DNA of 64,000 nucleotides from Acidobacteriaceae bacterium (GCA_003134815.1 PLCO01000042.1:13174-77173), one strand, 5' to 3'; counted from the stretch's first letter, positions 35,041-43,745 are shown. Notes: a model not told the origin generated them from the letters alone. Program-made: numbers and translations.

Positions 35041-35257
35041 CGGGTTTGAGCCCTGCGGCGAGCACAAAGTCTCTTTCGTACCATAGTTCGGGTTCACAGG
35101 AAGAATATGCACACCTTCGATTTCCGAAAATCCGTTCTTTCCTCGGAAATTCTGCCCGTTCCTTGCGGGTGTTCCTTGCGGCTGTTGCTTGCGTCTGTTT
35201 TCGTACTTCGTATAAAGACCGATTCTACCTGACCACAGCCGCCCTTCCCAAACTCTC

Positions 35258-35296
35258 CGGGGTCCCCAACGACAGGTCTTCGTCGTTGGGGTGGAA
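35258..35296 (+). repeat. REP-like hairpin element, copy 1 of a family
   Basis: CCGGGGTCCCCAACGACAGGTCTTCGTCGTTGGGGTGGA: stem CCCCAACGAC/GTCGTTGGGG. Related copies at 43256-43297 and 43959-44019. Confidence 0.7.
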
Positions 35297-35550
35297 ACTC
35301 CTGCCACAACTTCCCCGCCGCGCAGAGTGTCGGCTGCGGGGATGAATCCCTTTTTCCGAAATTCATCTCACATTTTACCGGAACGAGGCGGGCTTTTCCT
35401 TAGACGCGCATCTCGGGCTGTGGACACTCTTCGCCACTCGGCTGTTTCCAATAGCCGAATCTTTTCTCGCCCACAGGCGTCCTATGGTTGTGGGCGCATT
35501 CCCGTAGCCGGTTCCTGCGATTTTCTCATCGTCTTCGTCGATCGGATACC

Positions 35551-35606
35551 ATCAGTATGTTGCCGTAAGTATGTTGCCATAAGTTTGTTGCCATAAGTTT
35601 GTTGAT
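35551..35606 (+). repeat. Four tandem 14-bp repeats upstream of the efflux operon
   Basis: (AT)CAGTATGTTGCC GTAAGTATGTTGCC ATAAGTTTGTTGCC ATAAGTTTGTTGAT; about 186 bp upstream of the RND start codon. Confidence 0.8.
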
Positions 35607-35791
35607 TGATACGCCTGGCCGGAGCTAGACTCCTGTGCGGTCCGGCAAGGCGCCCGAGGAACCGGCGCCCGCCGAAAAATAGCTCAAAACCGGCCCCGAT
35701 TTGCGTTTTCGTATGCGGCTGCGGTTGATGGCGGGGCATTGGATGGCCTGAACGCCATCGGAGTACCGGCCGAGGAGCGAATACCAGCCCT

Positions 35792-38700
35792 ATGATGTGG
35801 ATTGTCCGGCTTGCGCTGCGGCGGCCTTACACCTTTGTCGTCTTCGCGCTGCTCATCTTGATCCTTGGCGTCTACAGCATCGAGACGATGCCGACGGACA
35901 TCTTTCCCAACATCGATATACCGGTCGTCACCGTGGTGTGGAACTTCGCCGGTCTGTCGGCGGATCAGATTGCCAACCGCATCGTGAGCAACGCCGAGCG
36001 CGGAATGACCATCACGGTCAACGATATCGACCACATCGAGTCGCAGTCGCTGGTCGGCGTCGGGATCATCAAGATCTACTTCCACCCCAACGTGAATATC
36101 GGCCAGGCCGTGGCCCAGGTAAGCGCCATCAGTCAGGTCCAGTTGCGCTCCTTGCCGCCGGGTACCACGCCGCCATTCATCATCCAGTACAACGCCTCCA
36201 GCGTGCCCGTGCTGCAACTCGGTCTCTCCGGCCCGGGCTTGGATGAGCAACAGTTGTACGACCTGGCCACGCAGACTATCCGTCTGCAACTGTCTACCGT
36301 CGAAGGCGCGCAAACGCCGTTTCCCTACGGAGGCAAGCAGCGCCAGATTCAGGTGGACCTCGATCTCAACGCGCTTCAGGCCCGTGGGCTCTCGCCTGCC
36401 GACGTCGTCAATGCGATCGCCGCGCAAAACGTCATCGCGCCCTCGGGCACCATCAAGCTCGATCGCTTTGAGTATCAGGTCGAGACCAACTCCGCGCCCT
36501 CCGTTCTCGATGACCTGGGAGACTTGCCCATCAAGACGGTAAACGGCGCAGTGGTCTATATCCGCGACGTGGCCCATGTGCGCGATGGCAGTCCGCCACA
36601 AACCAACATTGTCCGCGTCGACGGCCGCCGCGCCATCATGATGAACGTCATGAAGACCGGTTCATCATCCACCCTGGACATCATCAAGCGCGTGAACGCA
36701 ATCATCTCCAGCCCGAGTTTGAAGGGCCAACTGCCGCCGCAGCTCAAGATCGTTCCGCTCGCCGATCAGTCCATCTTCGTCCGCAGCGCGATCAGCGGCG
36801 TAGTGCGCGAGGGCATCATCGCCGCTTGCCTCACCGCGACCATGATTCTGATCTTCCTGGGCAGCTTCCGCTCCACCATCATCATCGCCGTCTCCATTCC
36901 GCTTTCGATTCTCTGCTCCCTCATCGTGCTCGGCGCATTGCACCAAACCATCAACATCATGACCCTGGGCGGCATGGCGCTGGCCGTGGGCATCCTGGTT
37001 GACGATGCCACCGTCGCCATTGAGAACATCAATCGCTTTCTTGAGACGGGGCGCGAGCTTGAGGCGGCCATCCTCGAAGGCTCCGCGCAAATCGCCACGC
37101 CGGCGCTTGTCTCCACCCTCGCCATCTGCATTGTTTTCGTGCCCATGTTCTTCTTGAGCGGCGTGGCGCGCTACCTGTTTGTGCCAATGGCCGAGGCCGT
37201 AGTCTTCGCCATGCTTGCCAGCTACTTTCTGTCGCGCACGCTCGTTCCCACCATGGCCAAGTACCTGCTCAAGGAGCACGACGATGCGCAGACCGCGAGA
37301 AAACAAGCCAGCCGTAACCCGTTCACGCGCTTTCAACTCGGATTCGAGCGCGCATTCGAGCGGTTTCGCCGCGGCTACGTGCGCCTGCTCACTCTCTGTA
37401 TCGATCACGCAGGCGCTTTTTTAATCCTTTTTCTGGCTTTTGCACTCGTCTCGCTGGGACTGACGCCGTTCCTCGGTCAGGACTTCTTCCCTTCCGTTGA
37501 CTCCGGCCAGTTCATGATTCATGTGCGCGCGCATACCGGCACGCGCATCGAGGAAACCGCCGCCCTCTGCGACCACATCGAGTCGACCATCCGCCAGGAA
37601 ATTCCGTCCGATGAGCTCGTTACGGTTATCGATAACATCGGCCTGCCTTACTCCTCGCTGAACCTCTCCTACTCCACGTCCGCGCCGGTGGGTTCGGCGG
37701 ATGCCGACATTCAGGTGCAGTTGAGACGCCACCATCATCCCAGCGAGGCCTATATCGAGCGCCTGCGCGAGGTGCTGGCCCGCCAATATCCCGGCGTCAC
37801 GTTCTATGTCGTCCCCGTCGACATCGTCACGCAGATTCTCAACTTCGGTCTGTCGTCGCCCATTGACATTCAAATCGTCGGCCCCAATCTCTACGCCAAC
37901 CGCGCCCTGGCCGACCGCATGCTCAATGAAGTCCGCTATGTTCGCGGTGCGGCCGACTCGCGCATCCAGCAGCCGTTCAACCAGCCTAACTTCACCGTGA
38001 ATGTTGACCGCACGCGCGCCCAGAGTACTGGCCTCACTCAACAGAATGTCGCACAAGGCCTCCTCATCGCGCTCAGCGGCAGTTTTCAGACGAGTCCGAA
38101 TTTCTATCTCGATCCGCGCAACGGAGTCACCTACAACATCGCCATTCAGGCGCCGCAGTACCAGATGGACACGATGGCTGCTTTTGAAAGCCTGCCCATA
38201 ACCAGCTCGGCGACCAACGCGGCCATGACCTCGCCTTCCACCAGCACCTCAACCGGCGCGCCCGGCGCTGCGCCCTTGGGCAGCGTCGCTCCCGCCGAAA
38301 CCTCCGGGGCCACGACGGCCGCGCCCGGCGCACCCCGCCCGGTGCAAGTCTTGAGCAACCTTGCCAACATCGTCCCCGGCGCCGAGCAGGGCACCGTGAG
38401 CCACTATGACGTTCTGCCGGTGATCGACATCTACACCAATGTGGAAGGCACTGACCTGGGCAGCGTAACCCGCGCCATGCAGAAGATTGTCGACGCACAT
38501 CAAAAAGACCTGCCCCCCGGCTCGCGGTTCATCCTCCGCGGCCAAAGCGAGACCATGTATCGCTCGTATTTCGGCCTCTTGAGTGGCCTCGCCTTTTCCA
38601 TCCTGCTCGTCTACCTGCTCATCGTCGTGAATTTTCAATCTTGGCTCGATCCGTTTCTCATTATTTCGGCGCTGCCGGCTGCGCTGGCGGGAATCGTCTG

Positions 38701-39136
38701 GTTCCTCTTCCTCACTGGAACGCGACTTAGCGTGCCCGCGCTTACCGGCGCCATCATGTGCATGGGCGTGGCAACTGCAAACTCCATTCTGGTGGTGAGC
38801 TTTGCCCGCGAGCAGATGGAAATTCTCGTAGGCGATGCCCGTCGCGCCGCGCTGGACGCCGGCTTCGTCCGCCTCCGCCCTGTTCTGATGACCGCCCTGG
38901 CCATGATCATCGGGATGGTGCCCATGGCGCTCGGCCTCGGCGACGGCGGCGAGCAGAACGCCCCGCTGGGCCGCGCCGTCATCGGCGGACTGCTGCTGGC
39001 CACCATCGCCACGCTGTTCTTCGTCCCCGCTTTCTTCTCTTTCATCCATGGCCGCATCGAGCGCAAACGCGAGCGCGTACGCGACGACGAATCCGATGCC
39101 GCGCAATTCGACGAGTTCGACGCCAGACCGGAGTAA
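35792..39136 (+). CDS. RND efflux transporter, inner-membrane permease (AcrB/HAE1-like)
   Basis: 1114 aa, 12-TM architecture; the TM4 motif AVGILVDDATVAIENI is HAE1-type (DD) rather than the CzcA-type DFG..DGA motif; carries a Ser/Thr/Ala/Pro-rich insertion of about 45 aa. Confidence 0.95.
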   Translation: MMWIVRLALRRPYTFVVFALLILILGVYSIETMPTDIFPNIDIPVVTVVWNFAGLSADQIANRIVSNAERGMTITVNDIDHIESQSLVGVGIIKIYFHPNVNIGQAVAQVSAISQVQLRSLPPGTTPPFIIQYNASSVPVLQLGLSGPGLDEQQLYDLATQTIRLQLSTVEGAQTPFPYGGKQRQIQVDLDLNALQARGLSPADVVNAIAAQNVIAPSGTIKLDRFEYQVETNSAPSVLDDLGDLPIKTVNGAVVYIRDVAHVRDGSPPQTNIVRVDGRRAIMMNVMKTGSSSTLDIIKRVNAIISSPSLKGQLPPQLKIVPLADQSIFVRSAISGVVREGIIAACLTATMILIFLGSFRSTIIIAVSIPLSILCSLIVLGALHQTINIMTLGGMALAVGILVDDATVAIENINRFLETGRELEAAILEGSAQIATPALVSTLAICIVFVPMFFLSGVARYLFVPMAEAVVFAMLASYFLSRTLVPTMAKYLLKEHDDAQTARKQASRNPFTRFQLGFERAFERFRRGYVRLLTLCIDHAGAFLILFLAFALVSLGLTPFLGQDFFPSVDSGQFMIHVRAHTGTRIEETAALCDHIESTIRQEIPSDELVTVIDNIGLPYSSLNLSYSTSAPVGSADADIQVQLRRHHHPSEAYIERLREVLARQYPGVTFYVVPVDIVTQILNFGLSSPIDIQIVGPNLYANRALADRMLNEVRYVRGAADSRIQQPFNQPNFTVNVDRTRAQSTGLTQQNVAQGLLIALSGSFQTSPNFYLDPRNGVTYNIAIQAPQYQMDTMAAFESLPITSSATNAAMTSPSTSTSTGAPGAAPLGSVAPAETSGATTAAPGAPRPVQVLSNLANIVPGAEQGTVSHYDVLPVIDIYTNVEGTDLGSVTRAMQKIVDAHQKDLPPGSRFILRGQSETMYRSYFGLLSGLAFSILLVYLLIVVNFQSWLDPFLIISALPAALAGIVWFLFLTGTRLSVPALTGAIMCMGVATANSILVVSFAREQMEILVGDARRAALDAGFVRLRPVLMTALAMIIGMVPMALGLGDGGEQNAPLGRAVIGGLLLATIATLFFVPAFFSFIHGRIERKRERVRDDESDAAQFDEFDARPE

Positions 39137-39142
39137 CTGATA

Positions 39143-40384
39143 ATGACACCGCAACCGAATCCGCATTCTCAATCCGCCCCGAGAAACTCCGAGGCCGCCC
39201 CCGAGGAAGCTCCGCTCGCACCGCGCAAGGCCCTTGTGGGCGTGGCCGTGGTTTTGCTCATCCTTGCGATATTTGCGGCTATTGGCATCCTCCGCCGGGT
39301 GCACGCTGATCATGTTCTCGCCGCGCGCACCAATTCACTGGCCGCGCCCACGGTCTCGGTAGCTCCCGCCAGGCCCGGCGCGCCCGCGGAGACCCTCGTC
39401 CTTCCCGGCAACGTGACCGCATACTCTGACTCGCCCATCTATGCCCGCACTGACGGCTACCTAGAACGCTGGTATTACGACATCGGCTCCAAAGTAAGAA
39501 AAGGCGCGCTGCTGGCCGTCATCTCTACGCCCGAGCTGGACAGGCAGGTTTCGCAGGCCGAGTCGGATTTGGCCACGGCTGAGGCCACCGCTAACAACGC
39601 GCGCATCCAGGCGGATCGGTACTCGGGCCTGGTCAAATCCAACGCCGTCTCGCAGCAGGACACCGACACGTTTGTAAATCAGGCCGCCGCAACCGCTTCG
39701 GGAGTCAAGTCCGCCGAGGCAAACCTCGACCGTCTGCGCGAATTGCAATCGTTCGAGAAAGTTTATGCGCCATTCGATGGCGTGGTCACGGCCCGCGCGG
39801 TTGACACCGGCCAACTCATCAGCTCCGGCTCTGGCCAGAGTGCCGGCACCGAGCTCTTCCACATGCAGGCATTGCAAACCCTGCGCGTCTACACCAGCGT
39901 TCCGCAGATCTTCTCGCAATCCATGAAGCGCGGCATGAAGGTTGCCCTCACCCTTCCCGAGTACCCCCGCAAAACTTTTCAGGGCACGCTGGTCCGCACC
40001 TCCGACGCCATCGATCCCGTCAGCCGCACGCTGCTCGTTGAAATTGATGTGGACAACCGTTCCGGCCAGCTCATGCCCGGCTCGCTCGCGCAGGTGCACT
40101 TCAAAACGCCCTCAGCAAGCTCCACATATATCGTGCCGGCTTCGGCTCTCATCTTCCGCCGCAAGGGATTGCAGGTCGCCATCCTGGCCCAGGGCAGCGA
40201 TGGCACAGTCGCGCATCTGGTTACCGTCGCCATCGGCGAGGACGACGGAGCTACGGTGCAGATCGTCAGTGGCCTCAATCCCAGCGACAAAGTGATTCAG
40301 GATCCGCCCGACTCGCTGATAGACGGAGAAAAGGTCACCCTGGAGTCGTCTCAGAGCAGTGCGTTCGGCGGGGGGACGATGTGA
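39143..40384 (+). CDS. Efflux RND periplasmic adaptor (membrane fusion protein)
   Basis: N-terminal TM anchor, lipoyl/hairpin/beta-barrel pattern (GYLERWYYDIGSKVRKGALLAVISTPELD..., APFDGVVTARAVDTGQLI). Confidence 0.9.
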   Translation: MTPQPNPHSQSAPRNSEAAPEEAPLAPRKALVGVAVVLLILAIFAAIGILRRVHADHVLAARTNSLAAPTVSVAPARPGAPAETLVLPGNVTAYSDSPIYARTDGYLERWYYDIGSKVRKGALLAVISTPELDRQVSQAESDLATAEATANNARIQADRYSGLVKSNAVSQQDTDTFVNQAAATASGVKSAEANLDRLRELQSFEKVYAPFDGVVTARAVDTGQLISSGSGQSAGTELFHMQALQTLRVYTSVPQIFSQSMKRGMKVALTLPEYPRKTFQGTLVRTSDAIDPVSRTLLVEIDVDNRSGQLMPGSLAQVHFKTPSASSTYIVPASALIFRRKGLQVAILAQGSDGTVAHLVTVAIGEDDGATVQIVSGLNPSDKVIQDPPDSLIDGEKVTLESSQSSAFGGGTM

Positions 40385-41931
40385 CGGCTTCGCTGCCAAA
40401 GGATCGAGCATCACGGCTGCACCCTTCACGCGCCAGTCTCGTCCGCGCCGATTTCGTCCGCGCCGGCTTTGCGCGCACTGACCTCGTGTGCGCATCGCTT
40501 GCGCTGCTTCTCATCGCCGGCTGCAAGCCCGTCGGCCCCAACTACAAACGCCCCGGCTACAGCGCCCCGCCGGCCTATAAAGAAACAGGCGCTACAACCG
40601 TAGTCGTTCCTCCGCCCAATCCGCAGGGCGGCGCATGGCAACCCACAAATCCCTCCGACGGAATGTTGAAGGGCAAGTGGTGGGAGATCTACCAGGATCC
40701 GCAGCTCAACCAGCTTGAAGACCGCATCGACACCACCAACGTGCAACTCCGCCAGTCGATGGAGCTTTATTTAGCGGCGGAAGACCAAGTCCGCGCCGCT
40801 CGCGCTAATCTCTTTCCAACCGTCTCTGCCGGCCCGTCCATCAGCCGCAATCGCATCTCGGCGCACCGTCCATTGGCCTCGCCGGGCAGCGCCACCGCCT
40901 ACAACGACTTCGTCATCTCCGGCCAGGCCAGTTGGGAGCCGGATTTCTGGGGCCGCATTCGCCGCACCATTGAGCAGGCGCGCGAGAACGCCCAGGCCAG
41001 CGCCGCCGATGAGGCGAACATCGCTCTCACGCTCCATGCGGAAATGGCCACCGACTATTTCGCCCTCCGTGGGCTCGATTCCCAGATCAAGTTCCTCACC
41101 GGCACCGTCACCGACCTCGAGCACCAGCTCGACCTGACGCAGCGGCGCTTTCACGGCGGCGTTTCCACTGGGGTGGACGTCGCGCAGGCGCAAACGCAGC
41201 TTGAAACGGTCCGCACGCAGCTTGTCGATCTCGGCGTGGCCCGCGCGCAATTCGAGCACGCTATCGGCACGCTCGCCAACGACAACCTGCCCGACTTCAG
41301 CATTCCGCCGTCGCCTCTCGATCTCGCGCTTCCCAACATTCCGTTGGGCGTGCCGTCGCAACTGCTCGAGCGCCGGCCCGACATCGCCGAATCGGAACGC
41401 CTCGCCGCAGCGGCCAATGCGCAAATCGGCATCGCCGTCGCCGCATTTTTTCCAACCATCACCCTCGGCAGCACCGGCGGGTTCGAAAGCACGAATCCCG
41501 GCACCTGGATTCAGGGTCCCAGCTCGCTCTGGAGCTTGGGCGCGCAGGCCACCGAGCTGCTCTTCGACGCCGGCCAGCGCCACGCCGTCACCGACGCCGC
41601 CCGCCACAACTACGAGTCTCAGGCCGACGCCTATCGCAACACCGTCTTCCAGGCATTCAACGATGTTGAAGACCAGCTTTCCGCGCTCCGCATCCTGGAA
41701 CAGGAATCTGAAACAGAGCAGCGCGCCGTTGACGCCGCACGCCACTCCTTCGACCTCTCCAACACGCGCTACAAAGGCGGCGTCACCAGTTATTTAGAAG
41801 TCCTCACCGCCGAGCAAACGCTCTTACAAAACCAGGTCACCGCCATCAACATTCAGAGCCGGCAATTCGCCGCCAGCGTCAGCCTCGTGCGCGCGCTCGG
41901 CGGCGGCTGGGATATAACGCAGTTGCCGTGA
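40381..41931 (+). CDS. Efflux outer-membrane factor lipoprotein (NodT/OprM family)
   Basis: Lipobox LLLIAGCKPVGPNYKRP (family-typical), duplicated OEP repeats, C-terminal ALGGGW; 4-nt overlap with the MFP gene. Confidence 0.9.
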   Translation: MTASLPKDRASRLHPSRASLVRADFVRAGFARTDLVCASLALLLIAGCKPVGPNYKRPGYSAPPAYKETGATTVVVPPPNPQGGAWQPTNPSDGMLKGKWWEIYQDPQLNQLEDRIDTTNVQLRQSMELYLAAEDQVRAARANLFPTVSAGPSISRNRISAHRPLASPGSATAYNDFVISGQASWEPDFWGRIRRTIEQARENAQASAADEANIALTLHAEMATDYFALRGLDSQIKFLTGTVTDLEHQLDLTQRRFHGGVSTGVDVAQAQTQLETVRTQLVDLGVARAQFEHAIGTLANDNLPDFSIPPSPLDLALPNIPLGVPSQLLERRPDIAESERLAAAANAQIGIAVAAFFPTITLGSTGGFESTNPGTWIQGPSSLWSLGAQATELLFDAGQRHAVTDAARHNYESQADAYRNTVFQAFNDVEDQLSALRILEQESETEQRAVDAARHSFDLSNTRYKGGVTSYLEVLTAEQTLLQNQVTAINIQSRQFAASVSLVRALGGGWDITQLP

Positions 41932-42055
41932 GTCCATTGGCGCCAGCGCCGTCAAAGCGACTACTAAATGCACATTTCCGTTTTGCCGGCAATTTAACCG
42001 CAACATACGCAACGTACCCTGTCCCGGCAGCATCCTAGGCAGCAAGGAGTTCCTC

Positions 42056-42382
42056 ATGAAAAAGCTGCACACCGTATTAGCGCTCGCCATCCTTTCCACA
42101 AGCCTTATTGGCGGCGGCGCCCTTGCCCTCGGTCAGGACCACCATAATCAGGACAATCACGACCAGGACCATCGCGACAACCACTCTTACGTCGAGCACA
42201 GGGATTGGCACAAAGGCGCGCCCATTAGGCACGAAGACTGGGATCGCGGCGATAGAGTCGACCACCGCCAGTACCACCTGACCACCCCGCCACGGGGTTA
42301 CGAATGGCGCATGGTTGACGGCTACTACGTTCTCGCCAACACCTCAAACTTCCAGATTCGCACCACCATCCGCATACCGTAA
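42056..42382 (+). CDS. RcnB-like small periplasmic protein, His/Asp-rich
   Basis: Signal MKKLHTVLALAILSTSLIGGGALA; QDHHNQDNHDQDHRDNH tract; C-terminal PPRGYEWRMVDGYYVLANTSNFQI resembles the RcnB/YohN family motif. Confidence 0.65.
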   Translation: MKKLHTVLALAILSTSLIGGGALALGQDHHNQDNHDQDHRDNHSYVEHRDWHKGAPIRHEDWDRGDRVDHRQYHLTTPPRGYEWRMVDGYYVLANTSNFQIRTTIRIP

Positions 42383-42405
42383 CGCACCCCTCCCCCGTCC
42401 ATTAG

Positions 42406-42444
42406 GGCCGCCGGATAACTCCGAACCGGCGGCCTTGGCTTTCT
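42406..42444 (+). terminator. Rho-independent terminator after the RcnB-like gene
   Basis: GGCCGCCGG-ATAACTCCGAA-CCGGCGGCC perfect 9-bp GC stem followed by TTGGCTTTCT. Confidence 0.55.
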
Positions 42445-42461
42445 GCGACCCTCATCTCCCA

Positions 42462-42507
42462 CAAAAGAATGGGTGCCCCATGTCCCTCGCATTTGGGGAC
42501 ATGGGAT
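42462..42507 (+). repeat. About 46-bp repeat, intact copy, containing a 10-bp-stem hairpin
   Basis: CAAAAGAATGGGTGCCCCATGTCCCTCGCATTTGGGGACATGGGAT; stem CCCATGTCCC (42477-42486) pairs with GGGACATGGG (42496-42505). Second copy at 43237-43323. Confidence 0.8.
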
Positions 42508-42552
42508 GCACCATGAACCCGGCCCGGCTGCTACGCCTCCTACCCATCTCCC

Positions 42553-43092
42553 CTACACATCTTCGGCCAGGCTTTTTTGTATGTCCTGAGCCACTTCATC
42601 GATTGAAGTATTCTGGCCGAGTTGTTCGATATTTTTGCTGTCTTTCATATCCGACAATCCCACCTTGTTCGCAATCTGCTGGTTCATGCCGATCACCGCC
42701 GTCACCTCTTTTTCCGTCAGCAGCAGGATTTGCAGCACCAGATGTTCCCGTTCATCGGCGCGGCGTGCGAGTCGTGACTGCCGCATGAGGATAAGGCTGG
42801 CCAGCAGGATCGCCTCCATCGCGACAACCGTTCCGAGCAGCGAAAACGGCATCGGATCGAAGTGCGGAATTCGCGCCACATGTAACGTGTTTACCAGAAT
42901 CCAGAAAATAAAGAGACAGATATGCGCGACGACAAATCCAAGATTGCCGACGATGGCCGCCGTTAAATCTCCCAGTCTTTCCGCCGGCGATCTTCGCGCC
43001 AGAAACTCGTGCTCATGCTTGGCGATTGTGTCTATGTGGTCTTGCACATGATTCGGAGCCTGCATTGTTTGCCCTCGCACGAAGTTTCGCAC
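42553..43092 (-). CDS. DUF1003-family membrane protein
   Basis: 179 aa; ...GNLGFVVAHICLFIFWILVN...FDPMPFSLLGTVVAMEAILLASLILMRQSR...EREHLVLQILLLTEKE: two TM helices and the conserved DUF1003 core. Confidence 0.8.
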   Translation of the reverse strand: MRNFVRGQTMQAPNHVQDHIDTIAKHEHEFLARRSPAERLGDLTAAIVGNLGFVVAHICLFIFWILVNTLHVARIPHFDPMPFSLLGTVVAMEAILLASLILMRQSRLARRADEREHLVLQILLLTEKEVTAVIGMNQQIANKVGLSDMKDSKNIEQLGQNTSIDEVAQDIQKSLAEDV

Positions 43093-43236
43093 TTAAAGGT
43101 TGGATGTCTTTGCTGGCAGGCAGGGAGGCAAGTGAAGACGCAATCTGAGTCGCGCTGAGTCGCGGCTGTCTCTTTTTCAGACCACCGCTTTCCCCCTGTA
43201 TATCACTGGTGGGCCTTTTATTCCGTTCACCCACTG

Positions 43237-43323
43237 CAAAAGAATGGGTGCCCCAGGCCGGGGTCCCCGCGGACAGGTCCTCGTCCGTGGGATGGAGGTC
43301 CCTCGCATTTGGGGACATGGGAT
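43237..43323 (+). repeat. Second copy of the about 46-bp repeat, interrupted by a 42-bp hairpin element
   Basis: CAAAAGAATGGGTGCCCCA [GGCCGGGGTCCCCGCGGACAGGTCCTCGTCCGTGGGATGGAG, 43256-43297] GTCCCTCGCATTTGGGGACATGGGAT; the insert belongs to the 35258-type family. Confidence 0.8.
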
Positions 43324-43356
43324 AGCACGAACACACTCAGCCGGGCTTTGTATCAG

Positions 43357-43490
43357 GGCATGGCTTTAGCCACGCCGAAAACGTCGCAAGAAGAATCGAG
43401 GGCTTCAGCCCCTGCGGCGAAGAACGGAAGGAGCAGAGGCCTTCAGGCCTCTGAATGCGACGCCCACGATGATTCGGCCTTCAGGCCCGG
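43357..43490 (+). repeat. Array of four short palindromes GGCYTTYAGSCC at about 38-39-bp spacing
   Basis: TGGCTTTAGCCA (about 43361), GGGCTTCAGCCC (about 43400), CAGAGGCCTTCAGGCCTCTG (43434-43453, perfect 8-bp stem), CGGCCTTCAGGCCCG (43475-43489); a fifth copy AGGCTTCAGCCT lies at 43925-43936. Confidence 0.7.
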
Positions 43491-43526
43491 ACCCAGCCCA
43501 CCGGTCTCCGGAATTGCCGCGATTCC

Positions 43527-43745
43527 TTATCTCCGAACGCCCACAACCACCAGGCCAATTCCAGCGACCAGTGACACCGTGCTCAATATCGGCGAGATTG
43601 GGATAGTATTCGTCTCTTTGTGCGAGAGTTGCACGGGACCCATGTCTACAACTTTCTTCTCGTGGGTGAAACTGATTCCCCCAACGGCAAAGCCGACAAT
43701 TCCGAGTACGATGAGAAGAATTCCGACGACTGTAGCTGCTTTCAT
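43527..43745 (-). CDS. Small two-TM membrane protein (DUF3185-like)
   Basis: MKAATVVGILLIVLGIVGFAVGGISFTHEKKVVDMGPVQ...ISPILSTVSLVAGIGLVVVGVRR; start moved to ATG 43745. Confidence 0.55.
   Translation of the reverse strand: MKAATVVGILLIVLGIVGFAVGGISFTHEKKVVDMGPVQLSHKETNTIPISPILSTVSLVAGIGLVVVGVRR

Noticed and set aside
35041-35307. N-terminal 89 codons of the bamA track ORF. Similar 5' over-extensions occur at 46833..47117, 10066..10170, 53058..53210, 56885..56971, 58897..58989, 58889..59188 and 60615..60854
   Set aside because: The extensions run through intergenic repeat elements or lack signal or N-terminal features. Internal starts give canonical N-termini (signal peptides, Rossmann motif, family-typical first residues) and often have a Shine-Dalgarno.
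35551-35606. CRISPR array (also considered for 44405..44444, 31183..31229 and 43357..43490)
   Set aside because: The repeat units are 7-14 bp and directly abut one another, or are only about 12 bp long. They lack unique spacers of about 30 bp, and no cas genes are in the window.
35792-39136. Heavy-metal (CzcA/HME) assignment for the RND pump, prompted by the nearby RcnB-like gene
   Set aside because: TM4 carries the HAE1-type VDDATVAIEN motif rather than the HME-type DFG...DGA...VEN motif, so the pump was called generically AcrB/HAE1-like.
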